Shown here: positions 28,742 to 37,821 of the stretch, one piece after another
How the letters are laid out: each line of letters begins with the position of its first letter
How positions within the stretch are numbered: position 1 is the first letter of the stretch
From: Thermodesulfobacteriota bacterium
Lineage (GTDB): Bacteria > Desulfobacterota_D > UBA1144 > Nemesobacterales > Nemesobacteraceae
NCBI GenBank assembly: GCA_965220925.1
Contig: OZ244851.1
Coordinates: 4,410-68,409 of the forward strand
Direction of reading: 5' to 3'
DNA length: 64,000 nucleotides
The notes under the pieces: model-generated
Told to the model about the DNA's origin: nothing
Seen by the model: only the letters and a program-made list of their open reading frames with translations
The model's database searches: none
Made by a program: the position numbers and the translations under genes

Positions 28742-30028
28742 ATGAGTTATAAAACGATAAAAGCGTTTCTTCGCGTTTTTTTAATTCTTTTCCCGCTTCT
28801 TTCCGCTACGGCGATTCATTCCGCTTCGGCTCTTGAGTCGGGAGAGAAAATTTTCACAAGCGGCAAGTGTTCACGGTGCCACACGCTTGGACGGGGGAGG
28901 TTCGTCGGTCCTGATCTTTTGGGCGTGGGCGAGAAATACTCAGAAGACGATTTGGTGAAGTGGGCTAAAAATCCGGAGCTTATCTATTCCGAAAGCGAAA
29001 GAAAACCGGTAAACGAAGGCTATCCCCCGATGCCTCCCGCGAATCTTTCAGAAGAAGACGCGCGGCTGGTCGTCGATTACATCTTAAACTATTCGCCCCC
29101 AGCCGGTCTTTCTAAAAGCGGTACCGTTAAGGGTTCTGTGAAAAACCTTACTTCGGCCGATACCGAAGCGGGAATTGACGTTATTCTTACTTCGTATCTG
29201 GGCGATATTGGGAAAAACCGACGTTTCGCAAAGACGGATTCGCTTGGAAGATTCTCTTTTTCCGGCCTCGAGTGGGACAGAAGCCATGAACTTACGCTTT
29301 TTTATCAGGAAGTTCGCTACGTTTCGCGAAAACTGGTCTTTTCTCCCGAAAAAGACGAAATCACGGTAGACCTTCCGGTATATGAAGCTTCCGGCTTGGA
29401 TGAAAATATATCCGTCGACGAGTTAAACGTAATCGTCTATCCGAATGACGAAAGTACTTCGGTAAGCGTTACTTTTCTTTACTCTTTTCAAAACTCGGGA
29501 AATACGGTTTTTACCGGAAAGTCGGTGGATTCGGATATCGTAACTCTGGCTTTTCCCGTCCCAAAAACCGCGCGGGACGTCTCTTTTTCCGAAAACATCC
29601 CGCCCGACTCGGTTGTAAGAAAAAACAAAAGAATTTATAGCCAACTTCCGGTTCTTCCCGGGACGAAAAGGGTCGCGCTTAGCTATTCGATTCCGATTTC
29701 CAGGTTCGGCGGAAGTTTTCCCCTGAGCTTTGATTACGAGGCGGAGAATCTTTCGGTGTTTGTGAGAGAGACCGCTCTCGGACTTAAGATCTCTAAGTTC
29801 GGCGCAATCGAAGAGAAGGTCACGATTCACGGCGAGGAGTTTTCCAAATACGAAAGATCGAACGTGAAGCCCGCGAGTTTCAATGTCTTCATACCGATCG
29901 GGTCGCTTATTAAAAGAGGTTTCGGGAAATATTCTTACGTCTTACTCTTTTTCGGGTTCGTATTTTCGGCGGCTTTGTACTTTTTCTTCTCTAAAAAATT
30001 CTCTTTGCCGCGCGCGGGGAAGAATTGA
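28742..30028 (+). CDS. Membrane-associated c-type cytochrome: N-terminal class I mono-heme domain (CSRCH) fused to a ~300-aa beta-rich domain and C-terminal TM anchor
   Basis: 428-aa ORF. Signal peptide, then the heme-binding site GKCSRCHTLGRGRFVGPDL with a downstream Met-rich YPPMPP candidate axial ligand. A carboxypeptidase-regulatory-like stretch (GTVKGSV...DSLGRFSFSGL) follows. Hydrophobic C-terminal segment YVLLFFGFVFSAALYFFF. Confidence 0.65.
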   Translation: MSYKTIKAFLRVFLILFPLLSATAIHSASALESGEKIFTSGKCSRCHTLGRGRFVGPDLLGVGEKYSEDDLVKWAKNPELIYSESERKPVNEGYPPMPPANLSEEDARLVVDYILNYSPPAGLSKSGTVKGSVKNLTSADTEAGIDVILTSYLGDIGKNRRFAKTDSLGRFSFSGLEWDRSHELTLFYQEVRYVSRKLVFSPEKDEITVDLPVYEASGLDENISVDELNVIVYPNDESTSVSVTFLYSFQNSGNTVFTGKSVDSDIVTLAFPVPKTARDVSFSENIPPDSVVRKNKRIYSQLPVLPGTKRVALSYSIPISRFGGSFPLSFDYEAENLSVFVRETALGLKISKFGAIEEKVTIHGEEFSKYERSNVKPASFNVFIPIGSLIKRGFGKYSYVLLFFGFVFSAALYFFFSKKFSLPRAGKN

Positions 30029-30080
30029 AACGAAAACCGTGTTTGAAAAGATTGATTTCGCCTTCTGAAAAATAAACGAT

Positions 30081-31247
30081 ATGCAGAAAAAACCGTCTTC
30101 CTTGCTCAACGGAAGTTTCGTGCTCGTCACGTTTCTCGGATGCGTTTACTTTTTTACTTTTCACTCGTTTTTGCTTCTTCCCATTCGAATTTTGGATCTG
30201 GGAGGCACGGAAAAGACCGTCGGGTTCGTAATGGGCGTCGCGGGACTCAGCACTTTGTTTCTAACTCCTTACGCGGGTCACGTGACCGACAAGTACGGAA
30301 AGAAGCTTTTGGTGTTGGTGGGATTCGCTTTGCTTGCCGTCTCTACCTTTCCGCTCGTGTTTATGGAGAAAATAAACTACCTGTACTATGTGGTAAGAAT
30401 AATTCACGGATGTTCGTTTTCTCTTTTCTTCGTCGCCGCGGGAGCTCTTACCGTCGATGTTTCAAGCGAAGAGAGAAGGGCTCAGGCGCTCGGCATATAC
30501 GGCGTTTTCACCATAATAAACTACGCGATCGCTCCCTATGTCGGCTCCGCGGTTATAGAAAGCTTCGGGTTCGATTCTTTTGTATTTCTACTTACCGCCA
30601 CGGCGATTTCGGGACTGTGTCTTTCTTTTTTGATATCGGAGAAAAAAAGCTCTCCTCGGGAGAAAAACGCGGGACCGGGATATTTCGACTGTCTTGGCGA
30701 CAAAGCGGTTTTCGTTTCCTCCGCCACTCTTTTTATATGCGGCGCGGCGTTTATAACGACTTTTAACTTTATCTCGGTTTTTTCACTTTCGATAAACGTG
30801 GAGAACTTTGAATTTTACTTTCTGTCGTATACCGTCTCGGTGCTCGCCGTCAGGCTGTTTTTCGGCTGGGTTCCCGACAGGTACGGCAAGAGGAAAGTGG
30901 CGTCTCCGTTTGTTTTCTTTCTGGGACTGAGCGTTTTCACTCTTGGTTTCGCGCAAAACGCGACTCTTCTCGTTCTTTGCGCGATAGTGTTTGGAGTGTC
31001 GCACGGATTCGTGTACCCCTCGATATACTCGATCATAATAGATTCGATCGTAAAAGAGTCGAGGGCCAGAGCTTTCGCCATAAGTAGCGTTTCGTTTACG
31101 GGCGGCGGCATGCTGGGATCTTTCGCTTTCGGAGTTGTCGCGGAATATTTCGGGTTCGAAACGATGTTTTTTTCGATGGGTATTCTCGTGTTTCTGGGTT
31201 TTGCGGTTTTCGCCACAAGTTCGGTTTTAAAAGATAGAGAAATATGA
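30081..31247 (+). CDS. MFS family transporter
   Basis: 388-aa ORF with about 12 TM segments. The conserved MFS loop motif GHVTDKYGKK lies between TM2 and TM3. Confidence 0.7.
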   Translation: MQKKPSSLLNGSFVLVTFLGCVYFFTFHSFLLLPIRILDLGGTEKTVGFVMGVAGLSTLFLTPYAGHVTDKYGKKLLVLVGFALLAVSTFPLVFMEKINYLYYVVRIIHGCSFSLFFVAAGALTVDVSSEERRAQALGIYGVFTIINYAIAPYVGSAVIESFGFDSFVFLLTATAISGLCLSFLISEKKSSPREKNAGPGYFDCLGDKAVFVSSATLFICGAAFITTFNFISVFSLSINVENFEFYFLSYTVSVLAVRLFFGWVPDRYGKRKVASPFVFFLGLSVFTLGFAQNATLLVLCAIVFGVSHGFVYPSIYSIIIDSIVKESRARAFAISSVSFTGGGMLGSFAFGVVAEYFGFETMFFSMGILVFLGFAVFATSSVLKDREI

Positions 31248-31311
31248 ACGGGAAATCGGTTTCTCTATTTTTGTGGTTTCAAGAATAAAACGTAGCGGGT
31301 GTAAATCCAGG

Positions 31312-32046
31312 CTAAATATCTCCAAACCGGGATTGCAAAAGCGCGAGGCTTGCTATTGAAGCCGTTTCGGCTCTCAATATTCTTTTTCCCAGGCCCAGCA
31401 CCGCGTAACCGTTTTTCTTCGCCTCGGAAATTTCTTTTTCCGAAAAACCTCCTTCGGGACCTATAAAGACATTTACACTGTTTACGGGTTTGCTTCGGGA
31501 GTTTATGTAGGTTCCAAGAAGTTCCGTCTCATTTTCATAAAGCATGATTTTCATCTCGCTTCGCTTTTTGATTTCACCGAAATTATGAAAAACGATCGGC
31601 CTCGAAACTTCGGGAGGTCTGGTTCTTCCACACTGCTTCGTCGATTCGACGGCTATTTTGTTCCATCTCTCCACCTTGGCCGTGCGTCTTATCTGGGTCC
31701 TTTCTGAAATCACCGGGAAAATTCTCGACACTCCAAGCTGAGTCGCCTGCCTGATTACATCGTCCATTTTGTTTCCCTTGAGGATTGCCTGAAACAGATA
31801 AAGCTTAAGCGCGGACTCCGTTTCCACGCTGCTGGAACTTTGAATTCGTATCGCGATGAACTCGGAAGATATATTCTCTATGATGCCTTTATATTCGGTG
31901 GATTCATTGTCGAAAACAATTATACGGTCACCGACTCCGAGTCTTAGAACTTTGGTTATGTGTAAGTATTCGCTTTGCGATATAGTTCCGCGCAACATGC
32001 CTTCATCTTCGGCTATGGAATCTTTTCTGATCGAAAACCTGGGCAT
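31312..32046 (-). CDS. rsmE: 16S rRNA (uracil1498-N3)-methyltransferase, RsmE family
   Basis: 244-aa ORF with a PUA-like N-terminus and SPOUT C-terminal motifs (IGPEGGFSEKE, LGKRILRAETA). Confidence 0.75.
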   Translation of the reverse strand: MPRFSIRKDSIAEDEGMLRGTISQSEYLHITKVLRLGVGDRIIVFDNESTEYKGIIENISSEFIAIRIQSSSSVETESALKLYLFQAILKGNKMDDVIRQATQLGVSRIFPVISERTQIRRTAKVERWNKIAVESTKQCGRTRPPEVSRPIVFHNFGEIKKRSEMKIMLYENETELLGTYINSRSKPVNSVNVFIGPEGGFSEKEISEAKKNGYAVLGLGKRILRAETASIASLALLQSRFGDI

Positions 32047-32058
32047 TTTGAATCGTTT

Positions 32059-33579
32059 TTATCTCGATGAACCGTACAAACGCACTATTTCCGCTTTAAG
32101 CTTCTGAGTGGTGTGAATATCGGCTATCGCCGCGGGAGAAAAACCGAAGTCCTCAAGCGTGGCGGCGGTTATGGGTCCTATGCAGGCAAAGCGCGTTTTA
32201 CGGAAAAGTTCGGGATTTTCCCCCAGAAGAGAAAAGAAATTCGTTACCGTGGATGAACTTGTGAACGTAACGAGATCTATTTGTCCGGCTTTGAATTTTC
32301 TTTTAATCGTACGGAGCTTTTCCTCTCCGTATTCGGGAACGAGCGTTTCGTAAACGGGAAGAACTTCTACCGAAGCTCCCATTCGTCGAAGAGCGGAGGG
32401 AAGAAATTCTCTTGCCTCAAGCGCTCTTGGAATGAGTATTTTTTTGTCCTTAACGTTAAGGTTTTCGGCGAGAGAGGCTATTCCTTCAGCCGTATAGCTT
32501 TCGGGCAGGTAATCGGCGTTTACGTTGTACTTTGAAAGCTCTTGCGAGGTTTTCTCCCCTATGGATATTATTTTTTTACCTCCAAGGTTCCTCGAGTCTT
32601 TCCCGTTTGACGCCAGCATGTCGAAATAGTGGCTTACTCCGTTTGCGCTTGTGAATATGAGAAAATCGTATTTCCCCGTATTGTCTATTGAAAGTTTCTG
32701 CTGTCGCGTCGCTCTTATAGGGCTTGTTTCGATTGTGGGAAATTCCACGGTCCGGGCTCCGCACGACCCGAGAAGTCTTGCGAACTTAGCCGCCGCTTTC
32801 TTCTCTCTGGTTATCATCACGGTTTTTCCGAAAAGAGGCTTTTTCTGATACCATCCCGTTTCCCGCGAGACGGAGGCTATCTTTCCGACCACTATGGTTG
32901 CCGGGGTTTGCACGTCGATACCTTCGATTTTCTCGCTTATATCGCAGAGCGTTCCAAAAACCGATAATTGTTCGGGAAGTGTTCCGCACGATATGACCGC
33001 TACCGGAGTTGAAGGCTCTCTTCCAAGACTTATCAGTTTGTTCATTATGTATTCTATGTTGTGAAGTCCCATTAGGAATATCATCGTCTCTATTCGCGCG
33101 GGGTCGCAGTCAAAATCCTCTCCTTGGCTCTGATGTCCGGTAAATACGGCGAAGGACGAGTTGTATTCTCTGTGAGTAACGGGAATTCCCGCGTAGGCAG
33201 GCACTGCGGTAATCGAACTTACTCCGGGAACGATTTCAATCGAAATGCCGCTTTTAATAACCACTTCGGCCTCCTCTCCTCCTCTTCCGAAGACGAAAGG
33301 ATCTCCTCCCTTGAGCCTCGCCACCGTTTTGCCCTCAAGCGCCTTGCTTATCAGAAGTTCGTTTATGACACGTTGGGAAATATGCGTTTTTCCCGCCGCC
33401 TTGCCGGCGAAAATGAGTTCCGCTTCCGAGTTGCAAAATCTAAGAATATCCGGATTTACGAGGGAATCGTAGATTACCACCTGAGCCCGCTTTAAAACCT
33501 CTTTTCCTCTCAGCGTGAAAAGACCCGAATCTCCGGGTCCCGCGCCAACAAGATAGACTTTGCCTTTTTCCTCACTCAT
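32059..33579 (-). CDS. cobA: Bifunctional uroporphyrinogen-III C-methyltransferase / uroporphyrinogen-III synthase (CobA-HemD fusion)
   Basis: 506-aa ORF. The N-terminal half has SUMT motifs (VYLVGAGPGD, GDPFVFGRGGEE). The C-terminal ~250 aa has the HemD fold. Confidence 0.8.
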   Translation of the reverse strand: MSEEKGKVYLVGAGPGDSGLFTLRGKEVLKRAQVVIYDSLVNPDILRFCNSEAELIFAGKAAGKTHISQRVINELLISKALEGKTVARLKGGDPFVFGRGGEEAEVVIKSGISIEIVPGVSSITAVPAYAGIPVTHREYNSSFAVFTGHQSQGEDFDCDPARIETMIFLMGLHNIEYIMNKLISLGREPSTPVAVISCGTLPEQLSVFGTLCDISEKIEGIDVQTPATIVVGKIASVSRETGWYQKKPLFGKTVMITREKKAAAKFARLLGSCGARTVEFPTIETSPIRATRQQKLSIDNTGKYDFLIFTSANGVSHYFDMLASNGKDSRNLGGKKIISIGEKTSQELSKYNVNADYLPESYTAEGIASLAENLNVKDKKILIPRALEAREFLPSALRRMGASVEVLPVYETLVPEYGEEKLRTIKRKFKAGQIDLVTFTSSSTVTNFFSLLGENPELFRKTRFACIGPITAATLEDFGFSPAAIADIHTTQKLKAEIVRLYGSSR

Positions 33580-33775
33580 CGAATCTTCGCAAACCTACTG
33601 AAACAGATTCCACTTCGCGTTTTTTTTTAGTAAGGATTCTTTCCGCGAAAAAAGAATTCATGGTCTTCTTCCCTTTAAAACGTATATTATTTCCCATGGT
33701 TTAGTTTCTGTAAAACCTCGCGGGAGTCGTTTCGCCCGGAGAACTATTTCGATGTAAGTTAGCATAGTCGGTGCG

Positions 33776-35794
33776 ATGAGTCGCGAAGAATCCTTGTTTA
33801 ATCTCAAAAGTCCTTTTGAACCGAAAGGAGACCAGCCGGCGGCAATTTCCGCTCTTAGCGAAGGAGTGAGAAGAGGCGAGAGAAGTCAGGTTCTTCTGGG
33901 GGTTACCGGAAGCGGCAAGACTTTTACGATTGCCCACGTAATTCAAAACTCCGCGCGTCCCGTTTTGCTGCTCGTTCACAACAAAACTCTCGCCGCGCAG
34001 ATATACTCGGAACTCAGGGATTTTTTTCCCGATAACGAAGTTCACTATTTCGTGAGTTACTACGACTACTATCAGCCGGAAGCCTATATACCCGAAACCG
34101 ATACCTACATAGAGAAAGACGCTTCGATAAACGAATATATAGATCGCATGCGTCACGCCGCCACGAAGTCTCTTTTCAGACGTAAAGACGTAATAATCGT
34201 TTCAAGCGTCTCGGCTGTCTACGGAATCGGAGCTCCCAAAGTTTATTACGGAATGCTTACCGAAATTGAAAGTGGGATGGAGCTTTCGAGAAACGAATTT
34301 GCTTTAAGACTAGAACAGGTGCGTTATGAGAGAAAGATCGACGAAATTGAAAGGGGAACTTACAGGGTGAGAGGAGATGCGGTGGACGTGTTCCCTTCGC
34401 ACGAGGAATCGGCGGCTCTTAGGGTAGAGTTTTTCGAAGATTCGGTCGAATCGATACGCAGAATAGATCCCTTAAACGGTCGTACGCTTGAACACCTTCG
34501 GGAAGTTACCATATTCCCGGGGTCGCATTACGTGGCTCCCAAAAGCGTTCTGGAGGAAGCCATAGAGAATATAGAGCGGGAACTTGAGCAAAGACTCCGG
34601 GAACTTATAGGCGGGGGCATGGAGCTTGAGGCCGGGCGGCTTGAGCAAAGAACCAGATTTGACTTGGAACTTCTAAACACGATGGGATTTTGTCCGGGGA
34701 TAGAAAATTATTCACGGTACATATCGGGGCGTCAGGCGGGCGAGGCTCCCTATACGCTGCTTGATTATTTCCCCGAGGATTTTCTCTGCGTAATCGACGA
34801 AAGTCACCAGATGATACCGCAGCTTAGGGGGATGTACCTCGGCGACAGGAGTAGAAAGGCTTCATTGGTTGAAAACGGTTTCAGGCTTCCTTCGGCCTTT
34901 GACAATCGCCCGCTTAACTTCGAAGAGTTTGAAGCGAGAATCGGGCAGGTGATATATGTTTCGGCCACCCCGGGGACTTACGAGATGGCAAGCGCCGAAG
35001 GCAAGATAGTCGAGCAGATCATACGACCGACGGGACTTGCCGATCCGCCTGTTGAGACTCGTTCGGCACAAAACCAGGTGGACGATCTGCTCGGCGAACT
35101 CAAAAAAACCGCCGAGGCTGGACACAGAGCGCTCGTTACCACTCTTACGAAGAAAATGGCGGAAAACCTCGCGAGTTATTACAGGGAGCTGGGGTTAAAA
35201 GTGGAGTATCTGCATTCTGAAATCGATACTCTTGAGAGAATACGCATATTAAGAGATCTGCGGGCATCCAAGTTTGATGTGCTGGTCGGAATAAATCTTC
35301 TACGCGAAGGACTCGATATCCCCGAAGTATCGCTGGTGGCGGTTCTAGATGCGGACAAAGAAGGCTACCTGCGCTCGGAAACCTCCCTGGTTCAAATTTT
35401 CGGTCGGGCCGCGAGAAACGTGGAAGGCAGGGTGATTTTATACGCCGACGCAATAACGGGGTCGATGCGCGCGGCGATGACGGAAACCCGAAGAAGAAGA
35501 GAAATCCAGATGCGATATAACGCGAAAAACAACATAGTCCCCCAAACTATAAAGAAAAACATAGCCGACGTTCTGGGTTCCATATGCGAATCCGACTATC
35601 TGAAGGTCTGCGAACCGCAAGATGAGGATTTTCCGGATATTCCTCCGAACAAAATTCCAGAGACAATAGCCAAGCTTTCAAGGGAGATGAAGTCCGCGGC
35701 GAAGAAACTCGAGTTTGAAAAAGCCGCCGAATTCAGAAACGGGATAAGAAAACTGCGCCAGCTGGAACTCAAATATGCGGAGGATATCGTCTGA
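33776..35794 (+). CDS. uvrB: Excinuclease ABC subunit B
   Basis: 672-aa ORF. Walker A GVTGSGKT, helicase motifs, the beta-hairpin region and a C-terminal UvrC-interaction domain (EFEKAAEFRNGIRKL). Confidence 0.95.
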   Translation: MSREESLFNLKSPFEPKGDQPAAISALSEGVRRGERSQVLLGVTGSGKTFTIAHVIQNSARPVLLLVHNKTLAAQIYSELRDFFPDNEVHYFVSYYDYYQPEAYIPETDTYIEKDASINEYIDRMRHAATKSLFRRKDVIIVSSVSAVYGIGAPKVYYGMLTEIESGMELSRNEFALRLEQVRYERKIDEIERGTYRVRGDAVDVFPSHEESAALRVEFFEDSVESIRRIDPLNGRTLEHLREVTIFPGSHYVAPKSVLEEAIENIERELEQRLRELIGGGMELEAGRLEQRTRFDLELLNTMGFCPGIENYSRYISGRQAGEAPYTLLDYFPEDFLCVIDESHQMIPQLRGMYLGDRSRKASLVENGFRLPSAFDNRPLNFEEFEARIGQVIYVSATPGTYEMASAEGKIVEQIIRPTGLADPPVETRSAQNQVDDLLGELKKTAEAGHRALVTTLTKKMAENLASYYRELGLKVEYLHSEIDTLERIRILRDLRASKFDVLVGINLLREGLDIPEVSLVAVLDADKEGYLRSETSLVQIFGRAARNVEGRVILYADAITGSMRAAMTETRRRREIQMRYNAKNNIVPQTIKKNIADVLGSICESDYLKVCEPQDEDFPDIPPNKIPETIAKLSREMKSAAKKLEFEKAAEFRNGIRKLRQLELKYAEDIV

Positions 35795-35854
35795 TGTGAT
35801 CGCCCGTTTTCTTGCCGATTTTTTTGTTTTATGTACAATTCATTGCCGTTTGAA

Positions 35855-35883
35855 AGAGTGGGTCTAAACCCGCTCTTTTTTAT
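35855..35883 (+). terminator. Rho-independent terminator after uvrB
   Basis: Hairpin AGAGTGGGT-ctaa-ACCCGCTCT (9-bp stem with one G-U pair) followed by a TTTTTTATT run. Confidence 0.6.
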
Positions 35884-35917
35884 TGATAGGTCGTTATGTT
35901 TTGCAAGGGGATGTTTG

Positions 35918-36403
35918 ATGCAGAAAGCTTATAAAGAGCTTGAAAACTCGGTTGTGGAAGTTCTTCATCCGATTTTGAAGGAGAATCGCTGTGAGCTTTT
36001 CGATATAAAGTATCTTAGAGAGTCCGGAGGCAGAATTCTTCGGTTATATATCGACAAAGAAGATGGAGTAACCGTGGACGACTGCGCGAACGTAAGCAGG
36101 GAACTAAGCGTTGTTTTGGACGCCTACGGCATAATTCCCCACTCCTATACTCTCGAAGTTTCCTCTCCCGGACTCAGAAGACCTCTTAGGAACCAAAAAG
36201 ACTACCGGAGATTCAAGGGGAAAAAGGTGAAGATAAAAACCTCGGCTCCGATTGACGACAGGAAAGTTTTTTCCGGCACGCTGCTTGGAACGGAAGGGGA
36301 AAGCATACTGCTTGAGGTCGACGACCGCCGTTACAGCGTGCCTATGGATTCTGTAAAAAAGGCGAATTTGGAAATTGATTTCAACGCAGGAGTGAGAAAA
36401 TGA
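35918..36403 (+). CDS. rimP: Ribosome maturation factor RimP
   Basis: Start trimmed to the in-frame ATG at 35918 behind a GGGGA RBS. Translation MQKAYKELENSVVEVLHP...LRLYIDKEDGVTVDDC matches RimP. Overlaps the nusA start by 4 nt. Confidence 0.8.
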   Translation: MQKAYKELENSVVEVLHPILKENRCELFDIKYLRESGGRILRLYIDKEDGVTVDDCANVSRELSVVLDAYGIIPHSYTLEVSSPGLRRPLRNQKDYRRFKGKKVKIKTSAPIDDRKVFSGTLLGTEGESILLEVDDRRYSVPMDSVKKANLEIDFNAGVRK

Positions 36404-37770
36404 TTACGGAGCTAACCAGAGTGATAGATTCCGTAGGGAAGGACAAGGGGATTGACAGGGAGCGCATAATAAGCGCCGTTGAGGAAGCGGTTTTGTCCGC
36501 TGCGGAGAAGCTTCTTAAGCCTAAGAATCTGGACAAGGAATTTGAGGTCTACTTTAATCCGGAAGAAGGGGAAGTGGAACTCTTCGAATACAGGGAAGTG
36601 GTGGAGGAGGTAACCGAACCGGAAATCGAGATTTCTCTAAAAGAGGCTTGCAAACTGGACCCCGAAGTGGAGGTCGGAGACATGATGGGGGTGAAGATAA
36701 GTCCGGAGTACACAAGAATCGCGATTCACAACGCCAAGCAGAAAGTTCTTCAGAAACTAAAGGAAGCCGAAGGCAAGGTTATATACGAGGAGTTTGTTGG
36801 CAGGAAAGGAACCATTATCGGCGGTATAGTGAGAAGGGTTGAAAGAAGGCACATAATAGTTGATCTGGGAAGAGTTGAGGCCGTCTTGCCTCCGGAACAG
36901 CAGGTTCCGAGAGAGTACTACAAGATGAAGGAAAGAATAAGGGCGGTGCTTCTGGATATAAGGGAATCTCCCAGAGGAGAGCCGAGACTTATTCTCTCAA
37001 GATCTCACGTGAGTTTCGTGACGAAGCTTTTCGAATCCGAAGTTCCGGAAATTTCGGAGAATATAGTCGAGATAAAAGCTATCTCGAGGGACCCCGGAGG
37101 AAGAACCAAGATAGCCGTGGCTTCAAACGATTCGGATATCGACGCGGTGGGAGCGTGCGTGGGTATGCGCGGCTCGCGCGTGCAAAGCATAATTCAGGAG
37201 CTTAAGGGGGAAAAAGTCGATATAGTTCCGTGGTCGGAAGATCCCGCCCGGTACGTTTGCAACGCCCTGTCTCCGGCGGTTGTGAACAAAGTCGTAATCG
37301 ATGAAAACAGCCGTTCTATGGAAGTTATAGTCGACGATGACCAGCTGTCTTTAGCTATAGGAAGAAAGGGCCAGAACGTGAGACTTGCCTCGCAGCTCAC
37401 CGAATGGAAAATAGACATAAAGACCGAATCCAGAATCAAGCAGGAGCAGCAAGAAGTGCTTTCCCTTCTTACAAGCTTGCCGTCGGTAAGCGAGGTTACC
37501 GCCAGCTTGCTCTACAACGACGGTTTTTATTCTCTTGAGCATATAGCTTTTTGCGAGCCGCAGATTCTTATGAAAGTGGGAAGTCTTACCGAAGAGGAGG
37601 TTTCTTCGCTGCAAAAAGCCGCTCGCGTGGCTCTTATGGAAAAACTCGAGGAAATGCCGGTTGAGCAGGAGACCGAACCCGATATCGATACGGAAGAATC
37701 TCAATCCGAACCGTCCGAAACGAAAGAAGCTTCCCCCGAGCCTCCCGGCGAACAAGAGGAGAAGGTATAA
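36400..37770 (+). CDS. nusA: Transcription termination/antitermination factor NusA
   Basis: 456-aa ORF with an N-terminal NusA domain, S1 and tandem KH motifs ([23 protein letters not shown]-like) and an acidic C-terminus. Confidence 0.95.
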   Translation: [456 protein letters not shown]

Positions 37771-37821
37771 GCGGATAGTAACCTAAGTCGGCTTTCGCTT
37801 AAGCGGCCGGCGTCTTTCAAA

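Noticed and set aside
33580-33775. LexA/SOS box upstream of uvrB
   Set aside because: No CTGT-N8-ACAG or other recognisable SOS-box palindrome found by eye in the divergent promoter region.
35884-35917. Candidate -35/-10 for rimP directly after the uvrB terminator (TTGATA ... TATGTT)
   Set aside because: The spacing between the hexamers is far too short (about 6 nt), so I could not support a promoter call here.
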